Below are positions 61,983 through 64,000 of a stretch of 64,000 nt of DNA, piece by piece. Numbering within the stretch: the stretch's first letter is position 1; each line of letters opens with the position of its first letter. The notes below the pieces were generated by a model. The model was not told the DNA's origin, did not search any database, and saw nothing but the letters and a program-made list of their open reading frames with translations. The stretch is from Salinivirgaceae bacterium (GTDB lineage Bacteria; Bacteroidota; Bacteroidia; Bacteroidales; SZUA-534). Location of the stretch: assembly GCA_024405635.1 (NCBI GenBank), contig JAKSOL010000006.1, forward strand, positions 32,001 to 96,000, in the 5' to 3' direction. A program made the position numbers and the translations under genes.

Positions 61983-63020
61983 ATGCTGCAAGCATCGGTT
62001 ACAAAACACATATTAAAATTCAACGAACCTAGCGGAACATCGCGCGGCATTTTAACCGAAAAACCATCATGGTTTCTGCGCATTTGGGACTCTGAAAATC
62101 CAGAAATTGTTGGCATTGGCGAAATATCAACCATACCAAAACTATCGCCTGAAACCGATAAAGTAGTAGAACATCAACTTGAACAAAAACTGCGCAACCT
62201 TAATGCTGTTAATGTGTCCGATGATGAACAATGGCGCAATTTGCCAGCCTTAAGATTTGGTTTTGAAACAGCTTTGCTTGATTTACAAAATGGAGGCAAA
62301 CACATTCTTTATCAATCAGATTTTACAAGTGGAAAAACGGGCATTCCAATCAATGGCTTGGTTTGGATGGGCGATTTTGAAACAATGGGTCGCCGTGTTC
62401 AGCAAAAGATTGATGAGGGTTTTCGTTGCATTAAACTTAAAATTGGAGCTATTGATTTTCAGCAAGAATTACGCCTAATAGAATTCATTGCAAATAACTT
62501 TCCCGAAATTGAAATTCGCCTTGATGCCAACGGCGCATTTAATCCAAATGATGCGCTGCAAAAGTTGAACACAATAAGCAAATTTCCCATACATTCAATT
62601 GAACAGCCTATTCGTGCAGGGCAGTGGCAGCAAATGGCTCAACTTTGCAAACAGTCGCCAATACGCATTGCTCTCGATGAGGAACTGATTGGTATTGAGG
62701 ACAATATTGACGCTATGCTTGATGCCATTATGCCTCAATTTATAATATTAAAACCATCGCTTATTGGCGGACTTAAACAAAGCGAGCGTTGGATTAAAGC
62801 AGCCGAAAATCGTGGAATAGGATGGTGGGCAACTTCGGCTTTAGAAAGCAACTTTGGACTTAATGCCATTGCGCAATGGGTTTATAATCACGGATTTAAT
62901 ATGCCGCAAGGGCTTGGAACTGGAAAAATATACTCAAACAACATTCCTTCGCCACTCGATATGCACAATGCTCATTTGTGGCATTTGGCAACCGAAAAAT
63001 GGGACGAAACAAAAATTTAA
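61983..63020 (+). CDS. menC: o-succinylbenzoate synthase
   Basis: KLKIG, RLDANG, IEQP, LDEEL and ILKP motifs. Confidence 0.92.
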   Translation: MLQASVTKHILKFNEPSGTSRGILTEKPSWFLRIWDSENPEIVGIGEISTIPKLSPETDKVVEHQLEQKLRNLNAVNVSDDEQWRNLPALRFGFETALLDLQNGGKHILYQSDFTSGKTGIPINGLVWMGDFETMGRRVQQKIDEGFRCIKLKIGAIDFQQELRLIEFIANNFPEIEIRLDANGAFNPNDALQKLNTISKFPIHSIEQPIRAGQWQQMAQLCKQSPIRIALDEELIGIEDNIDAMLDAIMPQFIILKPSLIGGLKQSERWIKAAENRGIGWWATSALESNFGLNAIAQWVYNHGFNMPQGLGTGKIYSNNIPSPLDMHNAHLWHLATEKWDETKI

Positions 63021-63039
63021 CCACCAAAAAACTTCAACA

Positions 63040-64000
63040 ATGACGTTTAAGCTAAACGATACACTGATTGATACCGAAAACTTTTCGGCAGAAAATGTAC
63101 GGCAAGCTTTGGGCAACACCGAAGGAAACAACGAAATTGTTGACTTTTTAGAACGTTGGTGCAACAAAAGTGCAACCATAACACTTAAAACATCGGGCTC
63201 AACGGGAACGCCAAAGGTAATTGAGGCTCAAAAAACGCACATGCTAGCATCTGCAAAACGCACTTGCAGTTTCTTTGGTTTAGAACCAAAATCGATTATG
63301 CTACTATGCTTGCCTGCTACTTACATAGCTGGACAAATGATGATTGTGCGCGCAATGGTTTCGGGCGCCAATTTGCTTGTAGTTTCACCTCGCGGAAACA
63401 TTGTTGATCAAATAAATCAACCCATTGATTTTGCTGCAATGGTGCCAAATCAAGTGCTAAAAAACTTGACTTCAGCACAAAAATTCAACCAAATAAAAAC
63501 ATTAATAATTGGTGGTGGTAAAGTAGGGTATAACATTGTAAATCAGCTATCTGAAATAACCACAACTTGCTACGAAACTTTCGGAATGACCGAAACGCTA
63601 TCGCACATTGCGGTGCGAAAAATTTGGCCAAATGTTCAGCCTAATTTTGTAGCCTTTGATGGAGTTTTGGTTTCGGCAACAAACAACAACAATCTCGTCA
63701 TTTCCGATAACAGTTTGAACATCAGCCAAATGCAAACAAACGACATTGTGCGAATAATATCCGCAACCGAATTTGAATGGCTTGGTCGCACCGATTTTGT
63801 AATAAACAGCGGAGGCATAAAAACATCGCCCGAAAGCATTGAACAAATACTTGAACCGTTGATTGGCAAGCAGTTATGTATCACATCAAAGCCCGATGAA
63901 AAACTGGGTAACCGCATTGTGCTTGTGGTTGAAGGTGAAAAAACCAACATTACCACACAACTCAACATATTGGAACAAAAAGTAAGTCGCTACAGCGTGC
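63040..64000 (+). CDS. menE: o-succinylbenzoate--CoA ligase, truncated at the window edge
   Basis: ATG at 63040; TSGSTGTPK, FGMTET and GR.D..INSGG.K motifs; follows menC; absent from the ORF track because it has no stop in the window. Confidence 0.88.
   Translation, partial: MTFKLNDTLIDTENFSAENVRQALGNTEGNNEIVDFLERWCNKSATITLKTSGSTGTPKVIEAQKTHMLASAKRTCSFFGLEPKSIMLLCLPATYIAGQMMIVRAMVSGANLLVVSPRGNIVDQINQPIDFAAMVPNQVLKNLTSAQKFNQIKTLIIGGGKVGYNIVNQLSEITTTCYETFGMTETLSHIAVRKIWPNVQPNFVAFDGVLVSATNNNNLVISDNSLNISQMQTNDIVRIISATEFEWLGRTDFVINSGGIKTSPESIEQILEPLIGKQLCITSKPDEKLGNRIVLVVEGEKTNITTQLNILEQKVSRYSV

Noticed and set aside
549-63968. Numerous 60-170 aa antisense or alternative-frame ORFs in the track
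   Set aside because: They lie within well-supported genes and have no motifs; treated as shadow ORFs.
1-64000. CRISPR array, integrase, transposase, reverse transcriptase or rRNA
   Set aside because: No regularly spaced repeats or diagnostic motifs seen in the sequence or ORF track.

Overview
A Bacteroidales-type chromosomal segment (TAnnTTTG promoters, rnfBCDGEA order, BT_3928-type and OmpA-anchored envelope proteins). It is mostly housekeeping: wzc-like kinase end, WecA-like transferase, rlmB, panB, obgE, adk, hpt, valS, rnf operon, two tRNA-Leu, Ktr/Trk K+ uptake, DPP-III, uvrB, nadE, mntP, tmk, tpiA, map and menB-menA-menC-menE. The main accessory feature is a ~9.5-kb minus-strand island (~10.8-20.3 kb) between adk and obgE. 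It encodes a tightly coupled five-gene unit: SF2 helicase-HNH, 172-aa unknown, soluble M48 peptidase-TerB fusion, Z1-type SF2 protein with a C-terminal ASCH-like domain, and an acidic protein with a paralogous ASCH-like domain. No methyltransferase or integrase is present. The unit is preceded by a ~200-nt leader with mutually exclusive base-pairings, a YhcG relic between 27-bp direct repeats, and a DUF4160/DUF2442 pair. This is the best candidate for an undescribed defence system. A second small relic beside the tRNA-Leu pair resembles decayed polyvalent-protein sequence. All family calls come from motif recognition by eye; no database searches were run.
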